Source of the DNA: an uncultured bacterium
GTDB taxonomy: Bacteria; Patescibacteriota; Patescibacteriia; UBA9570; XYC2-FULL-38-9
Assembly (NCBI GenBank): GCA_937996685.1
Contig: CALKUP010000001.1
Span: 117,571-181,570, forward strand
Direction of reading: 5' to 3'
Length of the DNA: 64,000 bases
Both the position numbers and the translations under genes were made by a program. Each line of letters begins with the position of its first letter. The first letter of the stretch is position 1. Positions 52,012 to 61,451 of the stretch are shown here, piece after piece. The notes under the pieces were generated by a model. That model had not been told where the DNA came from, searched no databases, and saw nothing but the letters and a program-made list of their open reading frames with translations.

Positions 52012-53835
52012 ATGATGAAGCTCATCTCTCGGAATGCCTTCGCGATCCTCTTCGTCACCCTCGCGGTGGCGTGCGGCTTTCTCCCTGATACGATCGGGGG
52101 AACCGGGCTGCACCCGGTCGCGGCCGACACGGTCGACACGACGGACGACGTCCGCACTGACGACACGCCGTCGTCGGACATCGTCGGTGTTCACACGACG
52201 AATACCAACGTCGGCAACACCGACACGGTCGACACGACGGACGACACCGACATCACGCCGGACACCGGCACGGACCTCCTCCCTGTCACCGGCGACACGC
52301 CGGCTGACACGGACATCGTCGACACGACGGACACGACGGACACGACGGACACGACCGAGCCCGTCGACACCGACGTGACGTGGTCCGAGACGGATCCACC
52401 CGCAGATGACCAGTTCCCGCCCTACGCGTTCGTAGGCTACGGGCACTACCAGTTCTGTGGCGACCCCGCGATCCCGTGGGAGCCCTGTCTTCAGAACCGG
52501 GTGGTCTACGGACGCCCGCTCCAGGAGCGTCCTGCCGCCTGTGTTCCTGGAAACCAGTACGCTCCTGGGGAGCTTTCGAGCGACGTGCTCGTCTGCTTTC
52601 TGGACTACTTCCGCGGCCAGATCCACGGTGTCATCTCTGTTTTTAACCCGGCGACGCACGCCTGGTCCGACCTGCCGAATGGCGGGCCTACCAACTTCGT
52701 GCAAGCGGGACTCGTCGAGCAGCGTGGTGCTGTTCAAACGAGTCAAGTCAGCTCGTTCCTCTTTGCTCAGCTCGAGCCGGGGAGCGAGCAGATCTCGCTG
52801 ATCGTCCGGAGCCCCAACGGCCCGCTCATGCGGCGCGGGGCAAACGGCGTTTGGTCGCAAGACCGCGCCTTCTTCACTGCCTGGCAGGCCGCCGGCATGG
52901 CGCAGATGAGCGAGTCGATCGTCCGGGACTTTGACCGCAACGGTCTCCCGGACATCGGGATGATGCGCTGCCTCCAAGGCAACTGCGACCCGGTGATTTT
53001 CTACCAGACGGCGCCTGGCGCCTGGCAGAGCTCAATGAACGTGACCCGCATCCCGTACAAGTCTTCGGATGTGTACGAGTGGGACGCGATTCAGGACTCT
53101 GCAACCGGCGCTTGGACGCTCGTCGCTGCTGGCGGTTTCACCGACATGCAGCGCGCCGGCTCCAGCGGCATCTTCGTAGAATACGGGACCGGGCCCGACG
53201 GCTTCCCGGCGTACGTCGAGGCCAATGGTACGAATGCCGCCGGAATGGCCGGAATGGGTGTGACCCATTTCGACCCCCGCGGCATCGACGCCGCTGGCAA
53301 CTCCACGCCGTTCCCGGACGGTCAACCGGAGATCATCGTCTCCAGTCAAACCCAGTGTCCAGAGATGTTGCAAAGCCTCTTCGGCTGGGCTGGGGTGGAT
53401 TCGTGGGTCAACCTGACCCCGAACTACTCCAACTGGATCCAGCAAGGAGGGCGCTTTCGCCCTGGCTGCTGGGAAGACGCGACCCCGGAAACTGAGGATC
53501 TCGCCTGGGGCGTGGAACTCGTCCTTGAGGACTTGCTGCTCGTCGCCAAGGGCGACGACGGCCGAGTTCTTCCGACGGGTCACTGCGACCGAGCCGAGTG
53601 CCCTCAGGACGGCGAGCCGATCATCGGCTACAAGCCGTGGCACGGACGCTTCTGGGCGTATCCGCTCGGGCGCCTGCAGTTTGTCGACCCCTTGGGGAAC
53701 GACATTCTGCTGGGCAACCGGCGGACGCTCGACGTCCACTACGTCACCGGCGCCGACGGCGTCACCCGCACCGTCGTCGTGACGGGTGGCACCTGGGAAA
53801 ACGGCAATCCTGAAGTTTGGCTGCTCGAGGAGTAA
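52012..53835 (+). CDS. GC-rich lipoprotein-like secreted protein with Thr-Asp repeats (island G).
   Basis: GGAG lies 6 nt before ATGATG. The lipoprotein-like signal is MMKLISRNAFAILFVTLAVAC. Repeats of the TTDTTDTTD / VDTTDD type come from tandem gtcgacacgacggac DNA units. An FG-GAP-like segment (DRNGLPDIGM) is present. GC is strongly elevated. Long minus-strand ORFs here are artefacts. Confidence 0.55.
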   Translation: MMKLISRNAFAILFVTLAVACGFLPDTIGGTGLHPVAADTVDTTDDVRTDDTPSSDIVGVHTTNTNVGNTDTVDTTDDTDITPDTGTDLLPVTGDTPADTDIVDTTDTTDTTDTTEPVDTDVTWSETDPPADDQFPPYAFVGYGHYQFCGDPAIPWEPCLQNRVVYGRPLQERPAACVPGNQYAPGELSSDVLVCFLDYFRGQIHGVISVFNPATHAWSDLPNGGPTNFVQAGLVEQRGAVQTSQVSSFLFAQLEPGSEQISLIVRSPNGPLMRRGANGVWSQDRAFFTAWQAAGMAQMSESIVRDFDRNGLPDIGMMRCLQGNCDPVIFYQTAPGAWQSSMNVTRIPYKSSDVYEWDAIQDSATGAWTLVAAGGFTDMQRAGSSGIFVEYGTGPDGFPAYVEANGTNAAGMAGMGVTHFDPRGIDAAGNSTPFPDGQPEIIVSSQTQCPEMLQSLFGWAGVDSWVNLTPNYSNWIQQGGRFRPGCWEDATPETEDLAWGVELVLEDLLLVAKGDDGRVLPTGHCDRAECPQDGEPIIGYKPWHGRFWAYPLGRLQFVDPLGNDILLGNRRTLDVHYVTGADGVTRTVVVTGGTWENGNPEVWLLEE

Positions 53836-53864
53836 ACCTCGTACTACTGCAACCAGCTTCACAC

Positions 53865-53900
53865 ACCGCGGAAAACTACATGGTTGACCGCGGTTTTTTC
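53865..53900 (+). terminator. Rho-independent terminator after island G.
   Basis: Stem accgcgg / ccgcggt with a 15-nt loop, followed by a T6 run. Confidence 0.6.
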
Positions 53901-53992
53901 TTAGTATTAGCCTCTTAAAACAACTGTTTGATTTTTTTCTTGTATCGTGTTATAATCATTCTATTGTGAGGAGTAAAAATAGATATAAAAAA

Positions 53993-56900
53993 ATGCGTTT
54001 TTCTGGAAAATTTTTTACAGCAATTTCAACACTTTTCCTCTCAGTGTTGTTTTTTTCAGCTGTGCCACTGTCCGCGCAAGCCGCAACCTCAACCTTTACA
54101 GTCAATAACGCGAATGATTCAGGAGCTGGCTCACTTCGCCAAGCAATTACAGATTGTAGTGCTCTTGGTGGCAGTGATGATTGTGTTATTTCCTTAGAAA
54201 ATAGCGGCGGAACTCAAACCTTGAATCTTGTTTCAGCATTGCCAGTATTAACTCGTCCAGCAGTATTTTCGAATGCTGGTGTTGATACGGACTTATTAAT
54301 CAATGGAGCATCAGCCTCTGGTAGCTATTGTTTGCGTATTGAAAGTGGCGTCAATGGCTCGGTCCATACAATCGTCGAAGGCTTGGCGTTTACAAGTTGT
54401 CCAACTGCAGCAATTGTGGTGGCGAATGTTTCAACAGATGTCCAAATTGGAAACACAAATTCAGCTTCTGATATTGTCAGTATTTTTAGTGGTTCAAAAG
54501 GTATTAAAGTTGATGGCGATAATGCAGTGATTCAAAACACTGTTTTTGGTGTAAATCTTTCAAACGCAGCAGCTGGTCAATCCGGGAACTCTATTGATGT
54601 GTCTTCATTCGCGAGTAATGTCACAATTGACAGCGTTACGTCAAAAAATGCCACAACACCAAATATCAATATTGACACTGTTTCAACCGTTTCAATTACA
54701 GACAGTCTCATTGCTGACTCAACATCAAACTCTATTCGTTTGTTGAGTGTGACAAACGCGACAATGAGCGGTAATACAATTACAAATGCCGGAGGCGTAT
54801 TTATTTCAGGTGGTAGTTCGTTTGTGATTACAAACAATACAATTACAAATACTTCAACAAATGGGACGTATCGCGCGTTTACATTTGCGGGATCTGTATC
54901 AGACGTGCAATTAGGGGCAGCGTCATCAACAAATATTGCGACTGACGGAAATGTCATGTCTGTTGCGGCTTCTCCGGTAATTTCTGCTGGCGCTGCAATC
55001 CTGACAAACTTTCAAGCAGCATTTAATCTGTCATTTCAATCGAGCAACACAAATTACTTGTCATATGATTCTGGCATGGAGCCATTTACTGTGCCATCAA
55101 GTCTCGTTGCGACAACAACAAGTATCGCTGGTACCGCTGGTGTCAGTTCTGGAACGGTTAGTGCGTATCAAAATGGTGTGTTTGTTGGTTCAAAAGCGTT
55201 GTCTGGAACGTCTTTTACATTTTCAGGAGGTGATTTAAACACGACGCTTACTGGAGGTGCGAATATTGTTGTGTTAGTGCGTAATACATCAGGAACTCCA
55301 ACATCAACATCAACCGTTGTTGCGTTTGATGGCTTGGTGTCTTCGTTTAGTGTGACGCCGTCTGGTACGTCAGCAAACTTTTCTTTCTCATCAACTGAAA
55401 CAATTACACCAAAAGTGTATATCGCAACTTCAGAAGGTGGTCTTTCGGGCGCAACACCAACCAATGGAACTCTTGGAACTAGCCATTCAGTGAATGTGAC
55501 AGGATTGTCTGGCAGCACGTTGTATTACTACCGCCTTGATACTGTCAGTGCCGCAGGCTCACAAACACGAACCGGCGCTCAATCAGGAACCTTTACAACA
55601 AGCTTTTCTGGAGCAATCTCCAGTTTGTCTGTAACGCCAGCTGCAACGTCAGCAAATTTTTCCTTTTCATCTACTGAGACATTAACGCCAAAGATTTACG
55701 TTGCTACATCATTAGGTGGTTTGTCTGGTGCGACACCAGTGAATGGAACTCTTGGAACAACCCATTCTGTAAACGTGACAGGTCTCACTGTTGGTGTGTT
55801 GTATTATTATCGTATTGATGCCGTTGCGTCTGATGGAACAACAACGGTAACCGGTGTGTCGTCGAGTACATTTACAACCGTTGATAATGTTGCTCCTGTA
55901 TTACAGTCCTTTACAACGTCCTCAATTAGTGGTCGATATGGTCCTGGAGCGGTGATTACAATTACAGCGACATATAATGAGACGATTAATGCGTCGTCGA
56001 CAATGCAGATTACGCTCAATAATTCTGGAACAGTAAGCTTGAGTGGGGTTGGTTCAACAGCAACATTAACTGGAACATATACTGTGCCCTCAACAGGAGC
56101 TGGAGGAGGAACAGCAGATTTAACAGTATCGTCAATTAATTCTGAAGGTGTTGTTGATCTTGCTGCGTCTCCAAACACACGGACAAATTCATCTGTTCCA
56201 TCGGGTTCGAATAATATTGGAGGAGCAAAAGATTTGGTTATTGATACAACTGTGCCGACAATTTCTGAAATAACAGCTGTCACAACACCGACAAATGACA
56301 CAACGCCAAATTATGTATTTACAACAAATGAAGCCGGAACAATTGCATTTACGCTCGGCAGTTGTCGCAGTGCAACCACCAGTGCAACCAGTGGAAGTAA
56401 CACGATTACGCTTGATTCAAATGGTTCTGGTGGCGCGCTTGCTGATGGGGCTTACACAAACTGTCGTTTAACAGTGACTGACCTGGTTGATTTTGGTTCA
56501 GGAAATACAAGTGCAGCATTATCTCTGACGTCTTTTACTATTGCAACAACAGCTCCAGCGTTGACTCAATTTGCAACCCTCACTTCCAGTGGTACATATA
56601 CAACCGGTCAAACAATTTTGGTCGGTGCCCAATTTGCGAGAACACTGAACTCGGCATCAACAATGACGGTTCGTTTAACAAACGGTGTTGAAGTTGACTT
56701 GGTCTATAATCCGGCATACGGCGGAAATATTATTGCTGGAAACTATACGATCGGAGACGCGGCTTCTGGAGAAGATGATTCAGATTTGCAAATTGCAAGC
56801 ATTGTTTCATATTCAATTATTGATACACTAGGCAATTCAACAACAACGCCACCGTCAATTGTTGGTATTACGCAGTTAAGAAGTGCAATGAGCGGTCTTG

Positions 56901-59230
56901 CAGTGACTTTGGTTATTGAAACTGGAGCAACTCCTGTGATTGATTCTATTTCTTCAGATGCGGCAAACGGTTCATATCATCCTGGAGATGTGATTGATAT
57001 TGATGTGACATTTTCTGAGCCGGTGACGTCGACAGGTAGTGTCACTGTGACGCTTGAAACGGGAACAACTGATCAAACATGTACATTCACCATCACTGCT
57101 TCTCGAACAGGAACCTGTAATTACACCGTGCAAACAGGTGATACAACTGCTGATTTAGATGCAACGATTTCCGGAACAATCAAGGATCGTGCACTAAATC
57201 TGGTAACAGATTTCACTCCAGGAACAACGCTTGCAGCGAATAAAAATATTGTAATTGATTCAGTGGCACCAACAATCTCTGTCGTAACACCTGTTTCAAC
57301 ACCGACAACAGACAATACACCAAGCTACACATTCACAACGAATGAAGCTGGAACCATTTCCTATGGTGGCGACTGTAGTTCAAGTACAACCTCTGCAAGT
57401 TCTGGTTCAAACATCATTACATTTAATACGCTCGCTGACGGCGCGCATACAAATTGTACGATTACCGTCACTGATGCAATTGGGAATGTATCTAATACAC
57501 TGAGTGTTGCTTCATTCACAATTGATTCAACAGCGCCAACAATTTCTGTCGTGACACCTGTTTCAACGCCGACAACCGATAACACGCCAAACTATACATT
57601 CACAACCAACGAAGCGGGTAGTCTATCATACGGTGGCGATTGCGCATCCAGTGCTGTGTCAGCGTCAGTTGGTTCAAATGCAGTGACGTTTGCGGAACTT
57701 GCTGATGGCGCGCATACAAATTGTACGATTACCGTCACCGACGCTGCTGGCAATGCATCCAATCTATTGAGTGTTGCGTCGTTTACAATTGATGCGACTG
57801 CGCCAGTGATTGTTATTACTGCGCCGACAGTGTCTTCAAATGCAACAATTACAAATACAACGATCCGTGTCACAGATGCGCGTGCATTGAATAGTACTGA
57901 CGTGACTGTTGATGCGGCAACCACTGCTGGACATGACGCGATCGCGTGTACACAAACATCTGGAACGCAAGTGGATTGTACTATTGCAATTACGAGTTCT
58001 GGAAACCTGAAAATTGCTGCGCAAGATGCGCTTGGAAATGTTGCAACTCCTGTGACACAAGCCGGCTATGTGATTGTTGCGACAACTCCGGATACTGATG
58101 ACACGACAGCGCCAGACGCTCCAGTGATTGTTGCGACAAATAATGGAAATACAGCTATTGTGACAGAAGGAGGATCAGTGAAAACAAAAACGCCAACCTT
58201 CCAAGGAACTGCAGAAGCGCTGACAACTGTGATTGTCCGTGATAGCAATAACAATACGCTGTGTACAACCACCGCCGGAACTGACGGTTCTTGGCTCTGC
58301 GCGAGTACAACATCGTTAGTGCTCGGTTCACAAACAGTGAGTGTGACAGCAATGGACGCGGCTGGAAATGTCAGTTCAGCGCGTAGTGTTGCGTTTGTTC
58401 GGTCATCACTATCAGCATCATATACAATCAAGCAAAACTTGATTTCACCAAAAGCCAAGAAAGGGAAGTATCCAACTGTTGCAAAAGGCAAGACAGTAAA
58501 ATATACCGTGAAGATTAAAAATACCGGAGAAGCAACGCTGACAAAATTGAAATTGACACAAACCTATCCAAAGGAAACATTGCAATTCCAAAAACCAAAA
58601 TCAGCCAAAGCGAAAACAACAACTGGCAATCCAACAGTGAGTACAAAAAAAGGCACACTGACATGGAATAACGTGTTAAAAGGCAAACCGCTCAAAGCAA
58701 ATACTACTCGAACAATCACATTGACATATACAGTGAAGAGTATTCCCGCGAAAAAAGCGGCTCGAACGTTGAACGTGTCAACAAAAGGGACAGGTGGGAA
58801 AGATTTGTACAGCGTTACAGCGAAAAATCGTACAACAAAAAACAAGCAATTGAAGGTTCGCACCGCAATGGCTGATATGCGATATCAAATTTTTATCCGC
58901 TCTACACGAGGAGTGAGCGCAATGTTCTCAAATGCCGTGCAGATGATCGATAAAGGCTCAGGTCGGACACAATTGAATTTTGAGGATAGTACAGATAATG
59001 ATTTCAATGACTTCCAAATGACCACGAGCCGCGATGATAACGCGGCTTCTTTTGGATTTACCCCAGAAACATCCGAGGCGCAGGCAGACCACCAAGTCTT
59101 TATTCGTGTGATTGTTGGCTCTTTTGTCAAAGACATTCAAATCTACGATTCTACAAAAACAACCCAAAAAATGGGGAATATTGGCAAAACACAACAGACA
59201 TCAGTCTTGCGCTATCTCGAAGACTATTAA
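53993..59230 (+). CDS. Giant secreted surface/adhesin-like protein. It has parallel beta-helix-like N-terminal repeats, tandem Ig-like domains and a C-terminal DUF11/CARDB-like domain.
   Basis: An extended -10 (tgtTATAAT) lies at 53948-56. The signal peptide is MRFSGKFFTAISTLFLSVLFFSAVPLSAQA. NxTITN-type beta-helix repeats are present. A ~87-aa domain is triplicated (about 56250-56560, 57280-57540 and 57540-57800), the last two as near-identical tandem DNA repeats. The C-terminus is KYTVKIKNTGEATLTKLKLTQTYP. The ORF-track GTG start at 53966 is rejected. Confidence 0.7.
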   Translation: MRFSGKFFTAISTLFLSVLFFSAVPLSAQAATSTFTVNNANDSGAGSLRQAITDCSALGGSDDCVISLENSGGTQTLNLVSALPVLTRPAVFSNAGVDTDLLINGASASGSYCLRIESGVNGSVHTIVEGLAFTSCPTAAIVVANVSTDVQIGNTNSASDIVSIFSGSKGIKVDGDNAVIQNTVFGVNLSNAAAGQSGNSIDVSSFASNVTIDSVTSKNATTPNINIDTVSTVSITDSLIADSTSNSIRLLSVTNATMSGNTITNAGGVFISGGSSFVITNNTITNTSTNGTYRAFTFAGSVSDVQLGAASSTNIATDGNVMSVAASPVISAGAAILTNFQAAFNLSFQSSNTNYLSYDSGMEPFTVPSSLVATTTSIAGTAGVSSGTVSAYQNGVFVGSKALSGTSFTFSGGDLNTTLTGGANIVVLVRNTSGTPTSTSTVVAFDGLVSSFSVTPSGTSANFSFSSTETITPKVYIATSEGGLSGATPTNGTLGTSHSVNVTGLSGSTLYYYRLDTVSAAGSQTRTGAQSGTFTTSFSGAISSLSVTPAATSANFSFSSTETLTPKIYVATSLGGLSGATPVNGTLGTTHSVNVTGLTVGVLYYYRIDAVASDGTTTVTGVSSSTFTTVDNVAPVLQSFTTSSISGRYGPGAVITITATYNETINASSTMQITLNNSGTVSLSGVGSTATLTGTYTVPSTGAGGGTADLTVSSINSEGVVDLAASPNTRTNSSVPSGSNNIGGAKDLVIDTTVPTISEITAVTTPTNDTTPNYVFTTNEAGTIAFTLGSCRSATTSATSGSNTITLDSNGSGGALADGAYTNCRLTVTDLVDFGSGNTSAALSLTSFTIATTAPALTQFATLTSSGTYTTGQTILVGAQFARTLNSASTMTVRLTNGVEVDLVYNPAYGGNIIAGNYTIGDAASGEDDSDLQIASIVSYSIIDTLGNSTTTPPSIVGITQLRSAMSGLAVTLVIETGATPVIDSISSDAANGSYHPGDVIDIDVTFSEPVTSTGSVTVTLETGTTDQTCTFTITASRTGTCNYTVQTGDTTADLDATISGTIKDRALNLVTDFTPGTTLAANKNIVIDSVAPTISVVTPVSTPTTDNTPSYTFTTNEAGTISYGGDCSSSTTSASSGSNIITFNTLADGAHTNCTITVTDAIGNVSNTLSVASFTIDSTAPTISVVTPVSTPTTDNTPNYTFTTNEAGSLSYGGDCASSAVSASVGSNAVTFAELADGAHTNCTITVTDAAGNASNLLSVASFTIDATAPVIVITAPTVSSNATITNTTIRVTDARALNSTDVTVDAATTAGHDAIACTQTSGTQVDCTIAITSSGNLKIAAQDALGNVATPVTQAGYVIVATTPDTDDTTAPDAPVIVATNNGNTAIVTEGGSVKTKTPTFQGTAEALTTVIVRDSNNNTLCTTTAGTDGSWLCASTTSLVLGSQTVSVTAMDAAGNVSSARSVAFVRSSLSASYTIKQNLISPKAKKGKYPTVAKGKTVKYTVKIKNTGEATLTKLKLTQTYPKETLQFQKPKSAKAKTTTGNPTVSTKKGTLTWNNVLKGKPLKANTTRTITLTYTVKSIPAKKAARTLNVSTKGTGGKDLYSVTAKNRTTKNKQLKVRTAMADMRYQIFIRSTRGVSAMFSNAVQMIDKGSGRTQLNFEDSTDNDFNDFQMTTSRDDNAASFGFTPETSEAQADHQVFIRVIVGSFVKDIQIYDSTKTTQKMGNIGKTQQTSVLRYLEDY

Positions 59231-59282
59231 AACACAGGTCTTTTGACAGATTTTGTGTTATCTGGTAGAGTAGGACTGGTCT

Positions 59283-59507
59283 ATGGCTCAAACCATCCTC
59301 AATATATCTCAAATTATTCTAGCGATTCTGCTGGTCACGAGCATCCTCTTACAAGCAAAAGGAGACGGCTTAGGAAGTGCCTTTGGTGGTACTGGTGCTA
59401 TTATTTCTAAACGTCGTGGACCGGAAAAGGTCATCTTTATTTCAACTATTCTCTTTGCAACAGCGTTTATTGCTGTTTCTGCTGCTCGTTTATTTATTGC
59501 ATCATAA
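59283..59507 (+). CDS. secG: Preprotein translocase subunit SecG.
   Basis: 74 aa with two TM helices and the LLQ-KGDGLGSAFGGTG signature typical of SecG. Confidence 0.7.
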   Translation: MAQTILNISQIILAILLVTSILLQAKGDGLGSAFGGTGAIISKRRGPEKVIFISTILFATAFIAVSAARLFIAS

Positions 59508-59525
59508 TTCGACCAACCACTTCAT

Positions 59526-61361
59526 TTGAAGTCATTTGTCATGAAACAATCTGTTTTTCAATCATTATCAACTGTCTCACAACGTTTGCGTTCAAACGCA
59601 CCTGTTGATGAGCAACTTGTCTACATGACAAGTCCAAATCGCACGATTCCGTCATGGGGTCAGATGGGGTATTTCTTCCGTTTGCTTTCAATGCGTGAAC
59701 GTATGATTGCGTTTTTCGCGCTGTGTCTCATTGTTGTTGGGATTCCTGTATTGATTGTGCGTGGCTATTTTGCAATGACAATGGTTGTGCCGCAGGTGGG
59801 TGGTTCGTATACAGAAGGTGTCGTTGGTGCTCCGCAGTATATCAATCCGGTATTGTCTCCGCTATCTGATGTTGATTCAGACGTTGCGCAGCTGATTTTT
59901 TCGAGCATTTTTCGATATGACAGCAATCAAACACTGCAACCTGATGTGATTACGAACTACACCATTTCAGACGATAAAAAAACCTACACATTTTTTTTAC
60001 GACGTGATGTGAAATGGCATGACGGGGAAGCGATGACTGCTGATGATGTGTTATTTACCATTGGTTTGATTCAAGATCCGCTGTATCAAAGTCCGTTGCT
60101 TGCGAATTTGAAAGGCGTTACCGCGACAAAGATTGATGATTATTCATTTTCATTAGGCTTGAAAGAACCATTTGCGCCGTTTTTGACAACGCTGACATTT
60201 GGTATTTTGCCAAAACATATCTGGTCTGACGTGACTCCACAAACTATGACGGTTAATGAGGCAAATCTTTTGCCGATTGGAAGTGGCATGTACACAATGA
60301 AACAAGTGAAAAAGGATCGTGATGGTTTGGTGAAATCAATGGAACTCAGTCAGAATGAAGAGTTTTATGGCACAAAGCCGTATCTCAAAACAGTTCAATT
60401 TTCATTTTTTGCTGATGAAGTGACAGCGAGTGCTGCGCTGCAAGATCACAAAGTTGAAGGTTTGGCGTTTTTTCCTGGCACAGATTGGGCGTCGATCAAG
60501 AAAAAAAATCGTGATTTAGAGTTGTATCATTTGCGTATCCCGCAATACACTGCCGCATTTTTTAATCAACAAAAATCCGTTCCATTGCAGGAAGGTGCGG
60601 TTCGTAAAGCTTTGGCGTTTGCATTGAATAAACAGCAGATCGTGCAAGATGTCTTTGCAGGGAATGCGGAAGTGTTGCACACTCCAATTTTGCCAGGGTA
60701 TTTAGGATACAACGCGAGTGTTGGGGAATATGCGCAAAATATTCAAGAAAGTATGAAGCTCTTAGAAGAGGCTGGCTGGAAATACCCAGAAGGTCATGAT
60801 GCATCGTCTGCGGATTTTTTGCCACGTCAAAAAGATGGTAAGTCTCTCGAGCTTTCACTTGTGACTGCAAGTATTCCTGAGTATGAGCAAACGGCAAAAG
60901 AATTAGAAGCAGCCTGGAAAGCGATAGGGGTCAAGGTGAATACTACTGTCGCAAGTACAGAAGATATTCAAGCGTCAACAATCAAAAATCGTGAATACGA
61001 TGTCTTGTTGTTTTCTCAAATCGTTGGGACGGACCCAGATCCGTATCCATATTGGCATAGCTCGCAACAAGAGGCTCCTGGCCTCGGTCTCGCAATTTTC
61101 CGTGATCGTGAAACGGATAAGTTGTTAGAAGCAGCTCGTAAGACCACTTCAGATGACGAACGTCGTGATCAATACATGAAATTTCAAGATGAATTAGCGC
61201 TCGCTGTTCCAGCAATTTTCTTGTACAACTCAACGTATACGTATGCAATAAACGAAAAGATTGACGGCATTAATCCGACACAATATATTACAACCCCTGC
61301 AGATCGTTTTTCTGCGCTGCCACAATGGTACAGCAAGACAGACCGAGTACTGCGAAAATAA
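59526..61361 (+). CDS. ABC transporter substrate-binding protein, family 5 (peptide/nickel, OppA-like).
   Basis: It has an N-terminal TM/signal anchor. The family-5 SBP motif region is DDKKTYTFFLRRDVKWHDGEAMTADDVLFT. 611 aa. Confidence 0.8.
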   Translation: MKSFVMKQSVFQSLSTVSQRLRSNAPVDEQLVYMTSPNRTIPSWGQMGYFFRLLSMRERMIAFFALCLIVVGIPVLIVRGYFAMTMVVPQVGGSYTEGVVGAPQYINPVLSPLSDVDSDVAQLIFSSIFRYDSNQTLQPDVITNYTISDDKKTYTFFLRRDVKWHDGEAMTADDVLFTIGLIQDPLYQSPLLANLKGVTATKIDDYSFSLGLKEPFAPFLTTLTFGILPKHIWSDVTPQTMTVNEANLLPIGSGMYTMKQVKKDRDGLVKSMELSQNEEFYGTKPYLKTVQFSFFADEVTASAALQDHKVEGLAFFPGTDWASIKKKNRDLELYHLRIPQYTAAFFNQQKSVPLQEGAVRKALAFALNKQQIVQDVFAGNAEVLHTPILPGYLGYNASVGEYAQNIQESMKLLEEAGWKYPEGHDASSADFLPRQKDGKSLELSLVTASIPEYEQTAKELEAAWKAIGVKVNTTVASTEDIQASTIKNREYDVLLFSQIVGTDPDPYPYWHSSQQEAPGLGLAIFRDRETDKLLEAARKTTSDDERRDQYMKFQDELALAVPAIFLYNSTYTYAINEKIDGINPTQYITTPADRFSALPQWYSKTDRVLRK

Positions 61362-61451
61362 TTTTTCTTATTTGAGATTTTTTATACCGAGCTTCTTTTG
61401 GAGGAGTGAAGCACGGCTCAAACTACCTGTTATTAATCAATTATTCACATT

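Noticed and set aside
51901-53862. Long minus-strand ORFs (358 aa and 276 aa), and short plus-strand shadow ORFs, lie inside island G.
   Set aside because: They are typical stop-codon-poor artefacts of GC-rich DNA. The plus-strand frame has an SD, a lipoprotein signal, coherent repeats and a terminator.
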